A stretch of 35,878 bases of DNA from Candidatus Gottesmanbacteria bacterium (lineage in GTDB: Bacteria; Patescibacteriota; Microgenomatia; UBA10105; UBA927). The notes under the pieces are model-generated. The model saw nothing but the letters and a program-made list of their open reading frames with translations. It was not told where the DNA came from and did no database searches. Made by a program: the position numbers and the translations under genes. Where the stretch lies: NCBI GenBank assembly GCA_026396845.1, contig JAPLWC010000001.1, positions 11,932 to 47,809 on the forward strand, in the 5' to 3' direction. Shown in pieces: positions 35,195 to 35,878 of the stretch (positions are counted from its first letter, which is position 1; every line of letters begins with the position of its first letter).

Positions 35195-35273
35195 TCAACT
35201 AATTTCCAATCAACTAATTATTCAATTCTATTTGATGATTTGTTGATTAGATGATTGGTATTTATTTGTTGAT
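35183..35273. repeat. 8-nt periodic inverted repeat, (CTAATCAA)n ... (TTGATTAG)n, overlapping the trxA stop
   Basis: TTAATCAA CTAATCAA CTAATTTC CAATCAA CTAATT ... TTGTTGATTAGATGATTGG. Confidence 0.7.
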
Positions 35274-35279
35274 TTTTCT

Positions 35280-35878
35280 ATGTACGACGTTATCATTATC
35301 GGATCCGGCCCGGCCGGATATACCGCAGCACTCTATACCTCACGGGCGTTTTTGAAAACAATAATATTCACGGGCTTGGAGGAGGGCGGGCAGCTCACGA
35401 CAACGACGGAAGTCGAAAATTTCCCCGGATTTCCCAAAGGGATTACGGGGCCACAGTTGATGCTGGATATGAAAGCTCAGGTGGAGAGGTTCGGAACCCA
35501 GATTGAAGTGTCGGAAGTGTCAAAGGTGTCAAAAACGCCACAAGGGAACACATTTGTCGTTGTTGCGGGCGGAAAAGAATATGAGGCGAGAGCAGTGATT
35601 GTGGCTTCAGGCGCGGCGGCACAGTATTTAGGACTGCCGTCAGAAAAAAAGCTGGCGGGCAAGGGTGTTTCTGCATGCGCCACGTGCGACGGGTTTTTCT
35701 TCAAAGGGAAAGAAGTGGTTGTCGTCGGGGGCGGGGATACCGCGATGGAAGAGGCAAATTTCCTGACCACGTTTGCCACTAAAGTGACCATTATTCACCG
35801 GAGGGGTGAATTTAGGGCAAGCCCCATCATGCTGGAGCGTGCTAAAAAGAATCCCAAGATTACCATGCTCACCAATAA
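35280..35878 (+). CDS. trxB: Thioredoxin reductase, partial; not in ORF track
   Basis: [46 protein letters not shown]. Confidence 0.97.
   Translation, partial: MYDVIIIGSGPAGYTAALYTSRAFLKTIIFTGLEEGGQLTTTTEVENFPGFPKGITGPQLMLDMKAQVERFGTQIEVSEVSKVSKTPQGNTFVVVAGGKEYEARAVIVASGAAAQYLGLPSEKKLAGKGVSACATCDGFFFKGKEVVVVGGGDTAMEEANFLTTFATKVTIIHRRGEFRASPIMLERAKKNPKITMLTN

Noticed and set aside
1..35878. CRISPR array, tRNA, rRNA, transposase or prophage genes
   Set aside because: No regularly spaced repeats or recognisable sequences by eye; dedicated scans were not run

Overview
Gene-dense bacterial DNA using the standard code (TGA is a stop). Gene content and style (archaeal-type ATP-dependent ligase, EndoQ, mostly SD-less or leaderless genes, PsbP-like membrane-anchored proteins) suggest a CPR/Patescibacteria, Microgenomates-like genome; this is inference. 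Four blocks: (1) 1-9.8 kb, an accessory nucleotide/small-molecule phosphotransfer cluster bracketed by two divergent PEP-synthase-like ATP-grasp paralogs, one missing from the ORF track and one joined out of frame to a truncated canonical copy. It also holds HAD, uridine kinase, EamA, HD/Mesh1-like, APH-like kinase, Nudix, SAM methyltransferase and dNK genes. (2) recF-nnrD, then three variable membrane-anchored PsbP-like genes interleaved with three toxin-antitoxin pairs; a near-invariant 21-bp DNA motif sits at four domain ends. (3) Housekeeping: murF, Fic, lig, GT2, EndoQ, pth, acyP, RnlA-like HEPN, hydrolase, CAAX protease. (4) Redox/copper: SDR, VKOR, Crp, MGMT, CsoR with a metallothionein-like tail, TauE-cupredoxin, CopZ, trxA, trxB. 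Short palindromic REP-like elements of two related types occur in frame inside lig, MGMT and CsoR, with a possible further one in nnrD, and periodic-repeat hairpins sit in EndoQ and at trxA-trxB. No rRNA, tRNA, CRISPR, transposase or integrase was recognised.
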